Source: Schmidtea polychroa (Eukaryota). Taken from it: 64,000 nt of DNA. The notes under the pieces were generated by a model. The model was not told the DNA's origin. It did no database searches and saw only the letters and a program-made list of their open reading frames with translations. Positions 1-13,902 of the stretch are shown piece after piece. Position 1 is the stretch's first letter; every line of letters starts with the position of its first letter. Both the position numbers and the translations under genes were made by a program. The DNA is taken from positions 25,918,001-25,982,000 of the forward strand of contig CM097885.1 of NCBI GenBank assembly GCA_044892525.1, given 5' to 3'.

Positions 1-720
1 TTTTTCCACACGCATACTAACGGCGTATTCCAAGGTGAATTACATCTTCTTATGATATCATTATTTTCTAAATTTTTTATAGCAGCATTTATTTCTTCCC
101 TTAATTGATGGGTTGTCTTCTGGGTTTTATCATAATTGGCCCTTCTTTTGTTATGATTTTATGTGCAATTAAATCAGTACATCCGATATCCCAGTTATTA
201 GCCATAAAAACACTTATTGTTTTTAACAATTTCTAACAGTCTTTTATTTTCGTTTAATCTTAGAATTTCTATTACTTTTTGACATCTCTCGTTATCTGTA
301 ATCTTTTCCCCAAATCTAGCTTCTATTTCACACACAAATTCATTATATCCTTCTTCATTTTGATTGATGTAATTTAATTCAATTCTAAACTCTTTCTGCA
401 ATTCCACTCCGCCTATTATAGCTGGAACAATATTTTTAACTATTATAAATGTTATTTTCCTTTCCATATTACCAATTCTAACATCAATATATGTATTTTT
501 CAGATTGTCTCTAATTTACTATCATTTGCACATCTTGACCTCTCATCTGTTTTTATGATTTTCACATTCACTAATTTGTCCACCACTGCTTCTGCCATTA
601 CATTTACTCTTGCTCCTGTATCTAGTAAGCATTCCATTCTATAGCCCTGAATTTCAAGAGTTGTACTCGGTCTACCTTGCATTTTGTCATAACTCAGTAT
701 CGGTCGTTTACATTGATCTT
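1..720 (-). pseudogene. Gypsy protease and start of RT, disrupted
   Basis: CLLDTGARVNV in ORF 500-682; ORF 198-467 matches the C-terminal half of ORF 14377-14928. Confidence 0.85.
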
Positions 721-1070
721 TAGTGAAAATATTTTGCTCCTCTGATATTTCATTAATCCACCCAATTTCCTCTCTCTCTAATTTATCTTCTGCCTTTTTA
801 ATAAATTTATAAACTTTTTCATTTACTATTTTATTATTATATTCTGCTTCTTTAATTTCATTATACTCTTCTTGATTCTTAGGCTTATTATTATTATTTA
901 TTAAAAATCGATCAACATTAAAATAACTATAACATTTAAAATTATTTAAAAGAAACTTTTTAAAATTACAAATTTTATTACATAAAGGTTCTACATTATT
1001 ATATATATATACGGATTATTTACATTATCAAAATTTTTATGACTAATATTTACACCAATATCAAAATTAC

Positions 1071-2111
1071 CTAGTATATTGCTCCGATCATTGCCTCACG
1101 TGTCGAAGAATGTACTTTTGGGTGCTGGATATCCTCATATTTGTCTTCTGCATCATCTGAATACTCCAGTGGCATCGTCTCATCATTAGCTTCAATTGTT
1201 GCAATTGTTCTTCCTGGATTGTTGATCTGTTGTTTAATGCTTGTGGTTCAATGGGCATAATAATTATTGTTTCTCATGTTTGAATTAGTTTGAAACTTCC
1301 TTCTTTCCAAATTTGTATAGCAGTCAATCTCCTTGTGTCCACGTAAGTGACATCTCTGGCATTGAATCGTTGAACATTCTCGCCTTACGTGGCCTCCAAC
1401 TTCGCATGAAAAACACGTCATTTTCTTTTTCATTTGGCATTCTCGACTAATATAACCAGTTTTCTTGCATGTCCAGCATTCCAATTGTCAGTTACTGACG
1501 TTTCGCTGCTTGAAATTATTATTTCCGTTTACCATTCCTCTTTGAGCAACATCTCTGTAGCTTCTGTAGTTTTGAACAGCTGGTGAAGTCTTCACAACAT
1601 TAATACAGCCCATTATTTTGTTTACCTTTTCTAATTTCTTTATTGTCGGTTTTATTTCTTCTGATGTTTTCAAATCTTTCATCTCGATCTCTTTTTTAAC
1701 TTCTCGATCTCTTACACAGTTTGTAAGCAGGCATTTTTCTATTTCTTCTTCATCCCATTTGTGCGCTATTAATTTCTTTGTCATCTTTTTAATTTTCTCT
1801 TTAAAAGTTTTTGCTGAATCTGATCCTTGTTCATAACTCAAAGCTTCTTTTAGATCATCCATTAATGACGTCGGTTTCGAAAATGCACATCGAAGTTTCT
1901 CTTCCATAGTTTTTCCTTCAGCTGCTTCATAATCTTCCATTAGCGATCTGTCAAGTAATGTTGTAGTTAATATTACTTGCATCCTAATTGTTGTTTTTGT
2001 CGCGCCAAAAAACCTTTGACAATCCTTGATAAAATTTTCTAGATCATCGCCTTTGTGAAATTTCTCAGGTAATAGTCTGCTTATCAATAAATCCGTGGTC
2101 GTGGTCGCCAT
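1071..2111 (-). pseudogene. Gypsy gag with three zinc knuckles, interrupted by a stop at ~1488
   Basis: ORFs 1488-2147 and 1248-1484 are in frame across one TGA; CX2CX4HX4C motifs. Confidence 0.85.
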
Positions 2112-2360
2112 GTTAGACGCAATTAAATTCAAATCTTCTGGAAGCATTTATTCTTTATAACAACTTCAAATCTGTCTCATTTACTAGCATATTTAAACAC
2201 CGAGGCGTGATAATTATTAATATTAATGTAATTATTGGTCATACATTTAATATAGAATTTAAATATAAAAATTTAACAGTAATAATTATTTCTACTAACT
2301 GATCTCACTTTTACCATTTAACCATAATAATTTTATATAGGGGTTTACTAACTCCTTACA
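2111..2360 (-). repeat. Putative 5' LTR (~250 bp)
   Basis: TG...CA ends on the minus strand, immediately followed by TGGCGACC (PBS-like). The outer boundary is less certain. Confidence 0.6.
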
Positions 2361-5300
2361 GTACTCACAATGATATCTCTAGTGATGTTCAAGTTCCTCA
2401 ACAATGTTAATATCAATAAATTATTTGTTCAAGTTAATTGTAATTGTCCCTACAGCATTTATTGATAATTTTTTATTGTTGATGGTTTTAGGAAATATTT
2501 AACCTAAAAACCTTGTGAATTTCATATTGATTGAAAAAATATATCAAATTTTAAGGTTTTAATAGTTATTTTAATTGAATTTCTTGATAATTTTCTGTAT
2601 TTTATTGAATTGTTTTTTCATTTTAAATAAAAATTATTTTTAATGACAGTTATGTTATCAAGTAATAAAGTGATAGGATAAATTTTGATGATGACTGTAA
2701 TGATATTGAATTTGACAGAATGATTTTTTCAATAACTATATATTTTCTAAGAATATTTCCATTTACACATTGATGAAATTTTAAATAATGAAAATATAAA
2801 TTTGAAACCAGCTAATTTTTATCATGATAGTAAGATATATTTACATGAAAATTAATGTAAAATATACTGAAATTTGTGATTTAGTTTGAAAGATATATCA
2901 TGCTAATTGCTTGAATATCATTAAGGGAATCATTGAAAAATTATGATCAAACAATGATATAATCTCTAGTCAAGTCTTTGATGCTAAATGGCTTGAAATA
3001 TATGTTGAAAATCTTGGTTTTAGTTAATTTTGGTCTTTTGGGATGCTATTATTATTATTGATTTAGCTACTATATTATTTCATAGATGTATGTTGGGTGG
3101 CGATAACAGTTAATGAAAATTCATGTTTTTGAAGAATTTTCTATGGGTTTTTAAAGAATTGATATATTAAAGGGGATATGACCTCAACTAAGTGAAATCT
3201 TGGATGAAATTAAGGGATATAGTCGGTTGGATATTGATGTTTAAAGGGGTAAAAATAATTGGTGAGAGATCTTTTAAGATGGGAATATATGATATTTTAA
3301 GAAGGATATAGTCGTTTGGATTTTGAAGCTTAAAAGGGTAAAATTATTTGGTGAGGGATTGGTTAATATGGGAAACTTTTGAATATTTAAATGAGTAATA
3401 TTGGTAAAATATCAATGTTTTAAGGGAAAATAAAATAGATTAGAGGAAATACTGAGCTATGAATCAATAATAGTTCCTGTGTGAAATTATATCGTTTTAG
3501 AGGTTTATTAGGTTGTGATGAGTGTTATTGCACAGTAAATTAATTTATAATTCTGGTTTACTTTTAAAACAATGTTTTATTAATTTTCTATTAATTATCC
3601 AGGGTTTTATTAAGTTGTTTAGGGTTAATGACAAATTTACTTGGTTTATTGTTTTGACAATGAAATCTTTAGAATTAATTGGGATTGATATTGATTAATA
3701 CTTTAAATTATTTTATCTTTATTTCAGATGTTATAGGTGAACAATAACAAAAGTTGAGAAATATTGACTTAAAAGAGTTGGACATTGACAACAACTAAAG
3801 AAACTTGATCTTTATTGGGGGAAATTTCTGATTTATCATGTGAGTTTTATTAGATTTTTAGAAATTAAATCGGTTGAATACCAGTAAAATATTATCATTT
3901 GAAGAAATATATTTTATTGGATGGATAAATTTAATTTTTCAATGCAACTACTCGATTAAATTGTACAGTAATATTTATTTTAAATTTCGAGCAGAGTGAT
4001 TTAGAACAAAAATTTAATTATAACTGGTTTTATCAAAAGATTTTATAAATTATGTAGGGTTAATGACCAAATTATTTTACATGTTTTAAAGGGAAATATT
4101 TGTGATAATAGGAATTAAGATAAAAGTTAAATTATAGTCATTTAAAGGGATTTTAAGGAATCTTCTTAGATGAGAAACGGCCACATCTATCTGCATTGTG
4201 GAATTCTGTAGTATTTTGCTGACAAAATTGACTTTTGATAATAAATCATACCAAATGGTGATGCTAACAAAAAATTCAAATTTGCTAAGTTTCTGTTCAA
4301 TGGAAATTATTTTACTTTTAATTATATTATCAGTTGCTGCATTTGAAATCTCAACATTAAGCAGTTTGGAAATATGAAATTTGATGCAATACTGCTTTTA
4401 CATTTTCTACACGACATTCCTAAAGTGTTTCTGATAAGCATTTTGGTAAAAAACGTTTAACATGTTTTTTCAATATATCCCAACGCGATGTCGATGCCAC
4501 AAATATATTGTAGATCATTTGTAAGGTGCCAAAAATTAACTGCAATGACTAAACATATATCCTAAGAGAAAATTCAGATTATGGCACCCACATGAAATGC
4601 AAAAAGCTTTTGGATTTTCACGTGAAATATATGTTTGCACTCCTTTATACAGTCCTTTCATATTGGCCACGTTGTCGTATCCTTGATGTCGGCAGTCAGA
4701 TAACTTTAGTCCTCTGGTATTTAAAACATTGGTACTTACGTGTTATCTTACCCCAAAAAATTAAATTATAAAATACAATTAAAATAACAATATAAAAAAT
4801 GAGAGAATACATTATTGATGACGTTATTGAACATTATTGAACATGAATTTATTAAGGCTATCAGTGATTTATGTGATTATGTGAGATTATGTGAGTTTAT
4901 GTGGCGCAAACGTGTTCTAAGCAACAGCGCCGATGTGTTCGACACTTTTCTCAACGGCATTGTGGTTTTCTGGCCACCTGGATGACCATTTACAAACTCT
5001 TTACAAACATTTGCTGAGTTTGTAACTGTGATTTAGAAAATAAATATAATAATTATATGTGTTCTTTTTTTATTTAATTTTTGGGGGTAAGATAATTGGA
5101 AGTACCAAAACATTTATTGTTTCAGATAAGACCTTTCCTGTAGTGTCGTACACTCTTACAAATGCTATAAAATATTCCACAATTTTTACTTCCCTATCAT
5201 TTATATCAACACAGCGTAAAACAACTGATAGTTGCTTCTGATGACTTATATCAGTAGTACAATCAAGTAATATAGAATAATACTTGTAGTGCTGGATCAA

Positions 5301-6069
5301 TTCTATTTTATTTGAATTAAATAGAACAAATGCCAGTTTCTCCTTTTTTTCTTGCCATTTTGAATGGTAGTACGATTAAATTGATCTTTTAAAACCGGAT
5401 CAAGTCTAGTAATCACTTCTAATAAACCTCAAAAAGGTGCCATTGTGCGGTGAATATAGCGTATCACTACTTCCTTGGAAAGGTAAATTATGTTCAGATA
5501 AATATAAAATTGCTCCGATTATACGTTCAAAAACCTTTTTTCAACGATGTGTTTCAATACCAATTATCCGTTCATGTTCTTGATTTCTCAGTTTGAAGCC
5601 TGTATAGATTTTATATGATGTACTGATCGCTCATACGCTTTAAGCCTTTGACTCAAATGAATCCAATCATTAAAACCATTATTGTATAATGATACATCCG
5701 TTTCGTTAACCATAAACAGTTTACATGGACAACACCATACTTTGTTCATATTTTTCGAATATATTAGCCATCGTCTTTTTATAGTTTGTCCGTTTGTAAC
5801 TTTTCTATTGTAATATTTTATAGAAAAAGATCTTTTATTCTTGTCTATAAGAAAATCAAAATTATTTATTTGAACAGGCCCATGCCGAACTTGGCCATGT
5901 ACCAGGTGTCTTCAAAATCTAATAGATTAATTTCTTCGGCGGTTTCAATATCGGATTTGTTTTGATGATTCAAAATCATTACATGATTTTCTTCTTGATG
6001 ATCACATTCTAAAATATTATTATTACTTTCTTCATTATTATTTTCTTCGAGTGTGTAACCATCATCACC

Positions 6070-8208
6070 CGTGGGCGTCTGCAAGAGTGAAAAGAGAAAG
6101 TACTTGCTCCCCCCTGGATTTCCCAAACCATTCTATTTTTTGCTTAATTGTTCCGCTATGCTTGGTTAAGTCAGTACTCACCCTGGCTGAGTTATTCAGT
6201 TAGTTTAAAAGGAGCAGTTTGCAAATTTTGCATACTTTTTCCCCAGCTAGTAAATCGTGGTTTTCAAGGTGCATTCATCACAGGGCCTTTTACAAAATAC
6301 AAAGATTTTCATAAAAGTGCTAAGAATCAAGTGCGTGGCATAAAAATGCGCTGGCTTGTGCTGCAAAGTTCTTACAATTAAGGGAAAAGCCAGAATTGAA
6401 CATTGAACATGAGCTAATCAGTTGACTGAAGAAGCCATAAGGGAAGAAATTGTTTCAATGGCCAATAAATCCATTGGATTTTCAATCATTGGAGATGAGA
6501 GTGCTGACATATCTGGAAAAGAACAAATTTCCGTAGGAGTTCGTTTTGTGAATTCTAGCAGCACAGAGACTGTTATTCATGAAGAATTCATTGGATTTGC
6601 AAAACTGGATCATTATGATGCTACATCAATAGCTGATAAAATCATTGGTCAGTGCATAAGGTTTGGATTAAACCTTGACAAAATGTATGGCCAAGGCTAT
6701 GATGGCTGCTCAACATTGGCTGGCAAAGAAGGTGGCGTTCAGGCAAAAATTAGGAGCAAATACCCTAAAGGTGTTTTGTGCATTGTGCATCACATCGACT
6801 TAATCTTGCGATCAATGATCTCAATGCTGTACCAGATGTTAGAAATACAATTCGAACAATTAAGAGCATTATTAGATTTTTTCGAGAAAACCCAAAGATA
6901 AGAAGACTGGTTTCAAATGTTCCCATGCCTTGTAAAACACGTTGGTCTGAAAAATACAAAAGCATAGGACTTTTTGCTGCAAGTTTTGAAGATATTTTTG
7001 ATCAGCTGAGTTGACTGGTAATCGAAGCAAATGGTAAAACACGACAGAATGCCAACTAGTTACAGTGTGCTTCAAGTACAACAAGTTTTCTAATTTGTCT
7101 TCAAATCAACACTTACTACTTCTTAAAATAAGAGTCAGTAGCACAAGCCCTACAATCAACACAATTAGACATCCTGAAAGTTTTTGACCACGTCCAAGAG
7201 CTCCTACACTCACAGACAAAGTGCCGAAGAGATTTTAAGACCATTATTTCTCAAAGTGAGAAATTGGCAGAACAATTAAACATCCAGTTGACAATTCCCA
7301 GACAATGTAAGAGCCAAACAAATCGTTCAAATAATGGTGATTCAACTGTTGAAAAATACTTTCGAAGATCTGTTTTTATACCATTTTTGGATTCAATTAT
7401 CTCATCGTTGGAGAGCAGATTCAATGACAATAACAAAATCAATTTTAGTCTATTTTCACTTCACCCAATGGAAATGTTGAAACTTTCAAAAGATGAACTC
7501 AAAACTCACACAGAAAACATCATAGTGGAGTATCAAATTTGATGCTAAGGCAAGCACTTGGTTTGAGATGTGGTCAAATAAAAAGTTGGATTTTGAAATC
7601 AAAGGTCGCGATGGAATGATGGATTTATTACAATTCACAGACCTTTTTCCAGCTATTAAGAAAGCAGTTCTTGTTGCTTTAACTTTTCCAGGGTCAACTT
7701 GCACGGTTGAAAGATCATTTTGCACACTTAGAAGAGTAAAAACGTGGCTAAGGTGAACAATGTGTGAAAATAGACTTTTTGGAATTTGCACGATGAGTGT
7801 TCATCGTGACAGAATGAATGACAGTAAAAGAAGCGAAAAATAATGGACAAAGTAATCAATAAATTTGGCCAAGATCACAGACGTTTGCAGTTTCTTTACA
7901 AAAAGTAATATTTATGAATAAGTCTGTAACTTTGTTTTATAATTGAATAAATATTTATGGAAAATATACAAAAAAGAACTTTTTTTACGTTTTTTGATTC
8001 TGCTTATTCACATTAATGTTTCAACCATAAAAATGAAATCAATATACTATTATTAATCTGATTACATGAGTAATCTGGTAAATGAGCATAACAAGAATTT
8101 AAATGATACTAATCGTTGTATGTTTAAGTATTACATTAATATGTAGAAGTTCTCTACTTTGTTTTTTTGCCCCCCCCCCCCCCGAAAAATTTCCTGCGGA
8201 CGCTCATG
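6070..8208 (+). mobile_element. hAT element (PRKRIR/ZMYM1-like transposase), internally deleted and frameshifted
   Basis: Imperfect TIRs CGTGGGCGTCTGCAAG / CCTGCGGACGCTCATG; 8-bp TSD TCATCACC/TCACCACC (7/8 match); motifs DESAD, GQGYDG, HCASHRLNL, TRW, VERSFCTLRRVKTWLR. Confidence 0.85.
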
Positions 8209-8429
8209 TCACCACCAGTATCTTCATATTGCGACTGTGAGCTTCTACTTCCACATTACTACTGTGAGCAAATGCAGTATTGGACACGTTGACGACATAT
8301 TTTAGCCTACTATTACTTTGTTTTTTTTCGCCAGTGTTCACGCTTTCATTTGTTCTTAAATTTTTCCCTTTCACTTAAATATTTTCTTCCTCGATCTCGA
8401 TCTCTTCCATTTTACCAACTTAAATGTAT

Positions 8430-8483
<54 letters not shown>

Positions 8484-8487
<4 letters not shown>

Positions 8488-10456
8488 GGTGGGTCGAATG
8501 TTGATAAATTTTGAGTTCAAGAAAGGAAACATGGTTAAAAAGTTGTATTTTGGTATAGAAAAATCGAATCAAACCATTTTACTTAGATTTATGGACATTT
8601 ACTGCTCCCAACTTTTCTCCGAAAATGCAGTTCAACATAAGTGTGAAAACAATGTAATTTGGCTAGTGTCGGAATGTGTTTTGCGCCTTTGTCCATATTT
8701 AGATGTAGCTTTCTTAAGAGCTTATAAGTATATTATTTACTCTCTTGGGCTGAGATAGTATATTCTGTGTCCTCATCCCGCATTGAAATATATCCTGACA
8801 ACGTCAGTGATTAGGAAGGGCCAAATTTGAATTATCCTTTTCAAAGACAAAAATCAACTTTCGAAATTATTTTTTATTAAAAACATCCAGCCAAAAGTTT
8901 AGAAATGTATTAGCGAGGGCATAAAAAGAAGTCACATGAAATCAGCTTTGCTTTGCACCTTGGGCAATTCCTTCCTTGATTTTTTACACAGTAGTACCAT
9001 ACCATGTCTGGACTTGTGACCAAACACTTTGCAACTGGCAGAAGAAACATCTTTGATGGCTCTTTCAACGGCTTGAGAATGACAGGAAAATTGTTCTAAT
9101 GTAATTTTCTTATTCATCTTCAATTCATGATCCAATATATGAGATAAAAGAGGGGGAGGCGTCAAATTACATTTTGTCCAGTCAATCATGTCAACATATG
9201 ATGTAGCAGACGACTGAAGAAAGACAGTATTCTTGTCCATAGTGCGAATCACTTCGGAAGGGAGAAAATTTTGTCTTGCAGTTATGATTTTTTCTGTTGC
9301 AAACTTTCTGATTTCTTCATCATCATCACCAGCAGCAGCTAGGAGTATATTTTCTGGATGTGAGAAGTAATTGTTGTTCTGAATGACAGGAAAGATGATT
9401 TCTTGGTCTGATGGATAAAAATCCTGCAGAAGTTGGAGCATATAAAAAATATTTCTTGCACCATCTTGGCATGACGAGTGAGTCTTTATATAAAACCATG
9501 ACGGTCCATAGAAATTGACAATAAATTTCACTATTCGCATGAGAGGTTCAGATGGAGCAGTTTCGGACATATATAGTCGCAGAATTCTATTAGCTTTCGT
9601 TAGCCAGCGACTGTGATTCAAATTTCCTGGTTGTGCCATTTGTAGAAAAGGGACATCCTTGTTGTTGTGGTACCCTTTCTGGACTGCCAAGCATACTCTG
9701 AGGAAATACAATTGATCAGTGTTCAATTCTTTCTTGACATTTTCACTAATATCTACGACCTTTCCAGGAAGGGACATAAAGGCTACTACGGGCTTGTCTT
9801 TTGGATCAAAATCAAGAACGCTTCCTATTTCACCACATGACGTTTTTGGACCTTTTGTTTCTCCACCATCGACGACTGAAAAATACTTCCTGAATGGCAA
9901 TTCATTTGCATGCAACAAGCATATCAGCCATTGTAGAGGTCGCCCTAGGCTTTTTTCGAGTCTTCTGATTATTCCATTATTTTTTCCGGTGTTTGTATTG
10001 GTTCCATCGCACACAATTGCTTGAAGGGTCAGTGAGGACTGCGTGCTAACGATGATTGACATGATTTCTTTGCCAATATCCACAGCTTTACTACTTTGAG
10101 GTACAACATGATCGATATATGTATCCCCTGGAAAGGCGACAATCACATAATGCTCCTCTTTTAGGATCCTTCTATGAAGTAAGGTGGAATCTTGTTTCCC
10201 GTCGAAACCGAGGCAAATCAAGTTTTTCGCTTCTGCTGAATGCTGTTCAATTTATCTCTCTGACTACTTGCAGGATGAATTTACAATGGCACGTGTGCGA
10301 GCATTTTTACTGGGATAGTACTAATACATACAAACAAAAGTTGGGACCTGTAAACCCTTTTAAACAGCAGTCTTTTGCAGGGATATTCGATTTTCTAGCA
10401 TAAGCACAACTTTTTAGGCATGTTTGGAGAAAAAAAAAATTTTCGACCCACCCTAA
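8484..10456 (-). mobile_element. DDE DNA transposon (hATm-like) inserted in a (TA)n tract
   Basis: Perfect 15-bp TIRs TTAGGGTGGGTCGAA / TTCGACCCACCCTAA flanked by TA repeats. Subfamily name is tentative. Confidence 0.8.
8932..10221 (-). CDS. Transposase catalytic region (429 aa), N-terminus apparently missing
   Basis: GFDGK, CDGTNTNTG, CLLHANEL, HSRWLT and HSQAVER motifs of hAT-like DDE enzymes. Confidence 0.8.
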   Translation of the reverse strand: MICLGFDGKQDSTLLHRRILKEEHYVIVAFPGDTYIDHVVPQSSKAVDIGKEIMSIIVSTQSSLTLQAIVCDGTNTNTGKNNGIIRRLEKSLGRPLQWLICLLHANELPFRKYFSVVDGGETKGPKTSCGEIGSVLDFDPKDKPVVAFMSLPGKVVDISENVKKELNTDQLYFLRVCLAVQKGYHNNKDVPFLQMAQPGNLNHSRWLTKANRILRLYMSETAPSEPLMRIVKFIVNFYGPSWFYIKTHSSCQDGARNIFYMLQLLQDFYPSDQEIIFPVIQNNNYFSHPENILLAAAGDDDEEIRKFATEKIITARQNFLPSEVIRTMDKNTVFLQSSATSYVDMIDWTKCNLTPPPLLSHILDHELKMNKKITLEQFSCHSQAVERAIKDVSSASCKVFGHKSRHGMVLLCKKSRKELPKVQSKADFM

Positions 10457-11251
10457 TATATATATATTTACATATTTACAAATTTATAAACATACAATAT
10501 AAACTATTAAATTATAAAAACAAACACTAGAAATAATACAAATTTAGCAAAAAAGTTAAATTTAAATATACAACGAAAGGACACCAAACAACAGGTCGAA
10601 TTTTCATACTATATTGCCAACAAAACAAAGTTCCAAAGTCTTTTGGTTTTCCAATATTTTTAAAAACAAAGCCAACTATGTGAATAAATTTGAATTTTCA
10701 CCAATCGGAAGCCATGAAATGTTTCCAATTTAAATTAACAAAAATAATAATGTAAACAATAATATTGTAAAGGCATTTTAAAAATTTAATGTTTGCGATT
10801 TTTTTAAAATACTTTTTTAGAAAAAAAACTTTTAAAGAAACTGTTTGAATTGAAGGAAATTTTAATATATTGTGTAAATTTCTAATTTCTTTCTTGTATT
10901 TAATAATAATATTATATAAACTTTCCAAAATGCGGGGCCAGGTGCGGTCGCGCCTTCGCACACCTTATCAAGCCGGCTTTGATTGGAAATAAACAACAAA
11001 ATTGTTAATTTTTATAAAATAGTTAAAAATATAAATAATAATAAATTAATGATTTAGTAAAACAAATCGTCATTTATTTAAATTTTATATTTCAGAGACT
11101 TTTGATTAAAACCTGATAATTATAAAGCATTTATAAGTGTTAAATTAAAAAGAAAAATTTTCAAGCATTAGATATTAACAAAAAAATATCATTAAACAAA
11201 ATAAACAAAAACATTGTTTAGTTTATTTTTATAAATACAGTTTACAAAAAT

Positions 11252-12382
11252 TCAAAAACATTTGCGATGAACGATTCCTGGACCAGATTCGTCATATTCT
11301 TGTTTTGAAATCCACATTTGTTGGAAAGTTGACAATGATGCCAAAGTTGAACCTCCGAGCCATGCAGAGTATTTTCTTTCTGGTGGCGCGAAAATCTTGA
11401 TTCTCATTGCTGGTGGAGCCAATGATAAAATTTCTTTCTCTATACGATCAGCAATGCCAGGATACATTGTTGATCCTCCTGAAAGAACTATGTTGGCGTA
11501 CAAATCTCTTCTGATATCAACATCGCATTTCATGATGCTGTTGTGTGTTGGTTCGTGAATTCCGACTGATTCTAATCCCAAGAAACTCGGTTGGAAGAGT
11601 GCTTCTGGGCATCTAAATCTTTCGTTACCAATAGTAATTACTTGACCGTCAGGTAATTTATAACTCTTTTCCAATGATGACGAGGCTGAAGCTGTTCTCA
11701 TTTCAGCGTCAAAATCAAGAGCCACATAACAAAGTTTTTCTTTGATATCTCTAACGATTTCTCTTTCAGCTGTAGTTGTGAAACTGTATCCTCTTTCTGT
11801 GAGAATTTCCAATAAATAATATGTTAGATCTCTTCCTGCAACATCTACTTTCAAGATAGCATGAGGAAGAGCGTATCCTTCGTAAATTGGTACAGGGTGA
11901 GTTACACCATCTCCGGAATCCAAAACGATACCAGTGATTCGACCAGACGAATACAATGACAATACTGCTTGAATGGCAACATACATGGTGGGTGCATTGA
12001 ATGTTTCAAACATGATTTGGGTCATCTTTTCTCTGTTGGCTTTTGGATTAAGAGGTGCTTCAGTCAATAAGACTGGGTGTTCTTCAGGAGCTACTTTTAA
12101 TTCATTGTAAAAGATGTGGTGCCAAATCTTTTCCATTGCATCCCAATTAGTAACAATACCGTGTTCAATAGGGTATATCAATGTTAAAATACCTCGTTTA
12201 GATTGGGCTTCATCTCCGACAAAACTATCTTTTTGTCCCATGCCAACCATGGAACCTTGATGTCTTGAACGAGCGACAATTGATGGAAAAACGGCTCGTG
12301 GAGCATCATCACCAGCGAATCCAACCTTACACATACCAGATCCATTATCAACAACCAAAGATGCTACATCTTCGTCTGACAT
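11252..12382 (-). CDS. Act: Actin, divergent intronless paralog (376 aa)
   Basis: Full-length actin from MSDEDVAS to HRKCF; ~35 aa differences from the copy at 46834; homologous upstream region. Confidence 0.95.
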
Positions 12383-13136
12383 TTTTGAAAATAATTTTGA
12401 TAAGTGCAATTTTATAAGGCATCAAAATCTCAAGGTCGAAATTGCATGATTGGTTAATTTAATTAGTGATCGAAGGTCTTATAAATACTTATTGACACGA
12501 ATATCTAGAGATATTTATTACAGAATGTATTTTTATTAAATGCTTTTGTTAATCATGGATTTTTACTTCACTCATCTTCATTTTTCATGCACTTAAATTT
12601 TATATGTCTGTGTTAGTCACGGGCTCTTATTACATACATGTCTCTTTTAATCATTTATGTACCAACAATTCATATTTATCCTTAGTTATTGTGCTTATGT
12701 TGTTTTGTCTTTGTATAAATACTGTAGTCTTGGCCATACTTCCATTTTAAAATGAGTCAATCAACGTTTGTTACAAATTTACTTAGTGAATTAGTATCAA
12801 ATCAACAAGATGATGATATTGTCTGTAGTTTAATAACTCTCATATCTTGCGTGGATAATATATTTGAAGACGACCCTAGTTGTAAGATGTGAGCTCGTCA
12901 CTTACAACCCCAGTGGTTAAATAATATTATATAAATAATATTCTCACTCATTATTTTCTAGGAGACTTGACTACATTATTCGTAAGTTTAAGGATGAAAG
13001 CAAAGAGGTTAGACATAGTAAATGGGTTTTCTTGTGCGCAATAATCTTTTAGGAAATAAATCGATTTGAGACCTAAGGCTGCAATTATGAAAAAAACGAT
13101 GATACTGCGCCAGTATATTTCGAAAAAATAGAAAAG

Positions 13137-13902
13137 ATGGTTGACCAAGTTATGAAGCACAAATGGGACAAGAAAGAATTAATGTCATATTTTTTGGTCC
13201 ATTGTATCAAAGACAAGGATACACAGAAAGAAATAAAGATGAGAGATGCGATGAGCGTCGACGAAATAAAAGAAGTGATAAAGAAGGTCGATGATATAAA
13301 CATTGAAGTATCCGGAATTTCAGTTTTGAATAGAAGGAAGGAAACGTTTGCGAGTATTGTCAAGACGAGACAAGGATTTGCCGATAAACAGAACTTTTAC
13401 AAATTCACAACAAAGTGAACACAGATATGATTCAACACCGAGGATGAAAGCCGATAATGTCCAGAACAGATTCCAACAAAGACAAATGCCGGTTAAAAGC
13501 AGACCAGTTATTACATGTTGGAATTGTCAGGAGGTGGGTCATATGAGTCGAGAATGTCGGAAACCAAGGGTTCAGAAATGCTTCCAATGTGGAAAAGAAG
13601 GGCACCAATCCAGAGAGTGCAATTAGAGAGCACAGAATGCAGAGATGAGATGTTTTGCGTTTAAAGATATTGGACACAACAGAAGAGAATGCCCATCAAT
13701 ATCGTGCTCAAAATGCGGTAGAAGAGGCCACCTACGATTTCAATGCTGGAATCAGACAGACAGAAGAAGATACGCAGACGAGCGGGGACCACCGAGATGG
13801 ACACAGGTAGCCGCGTTTCAGACTGATCAAGCCGAGAACGTCGAAAGGATTTCATGCCAAGAAGCTCCATCGTTAGGCGAGGTGATCGGAGCAATGAATT
13901 AA
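13137..13902 (+). pseudogene. Gypsy gag, frameshifted, four zinc knuckles
   Basis: CWNCQEVGHMSREC, CFQCGKEGHQSREC, CFAFKDIGHNRREC, CSKCGRRGHLRFQC. Confidence 0.85.

Larger units (their letters stand above)
1..2360 (-). mobile_element. Ty3/Gypsy LTR retrotransposon, decayed; 5' part only, continues off the left edge
   Basis: Minus strand order: LTR (TGTAAG..CTAACA), PBS-like TGGCGACCAC, gag, CCHC knuckles (CWTCKKTGY, CFSCEVGGHVRREC), aspartic protease LLDTGA, start of RT; broken by stops. Homologous to the element at 13105-17744. Confidence 0.9.
4430..10981 (-). mobile_element. Decayed hAT (ZMYM1/TTF-type transposase) hosting two nested elements
   Basis: Fragments YYSILLDCTTDISHQKQLSVVLRCV and RRWLIYS..KVWCCPCKLF; CAAAGCCGGC-type TIR-like end at ~10981. 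The other end was not located. Confidence 0.65.

Noticed and set aside
12383..12409. N-terminal extension of actin (385-aa ORF)
   Set aside because: It starts at a non-ATG codon; the paralog shows the true start at 12382.
12876..12910. Hairpin GTTGTAAG..CTTACAAC next to CTAG as a Helitron end
   Set aside because: AT-rich stem, atypical spacing and no other Helitron evidence.
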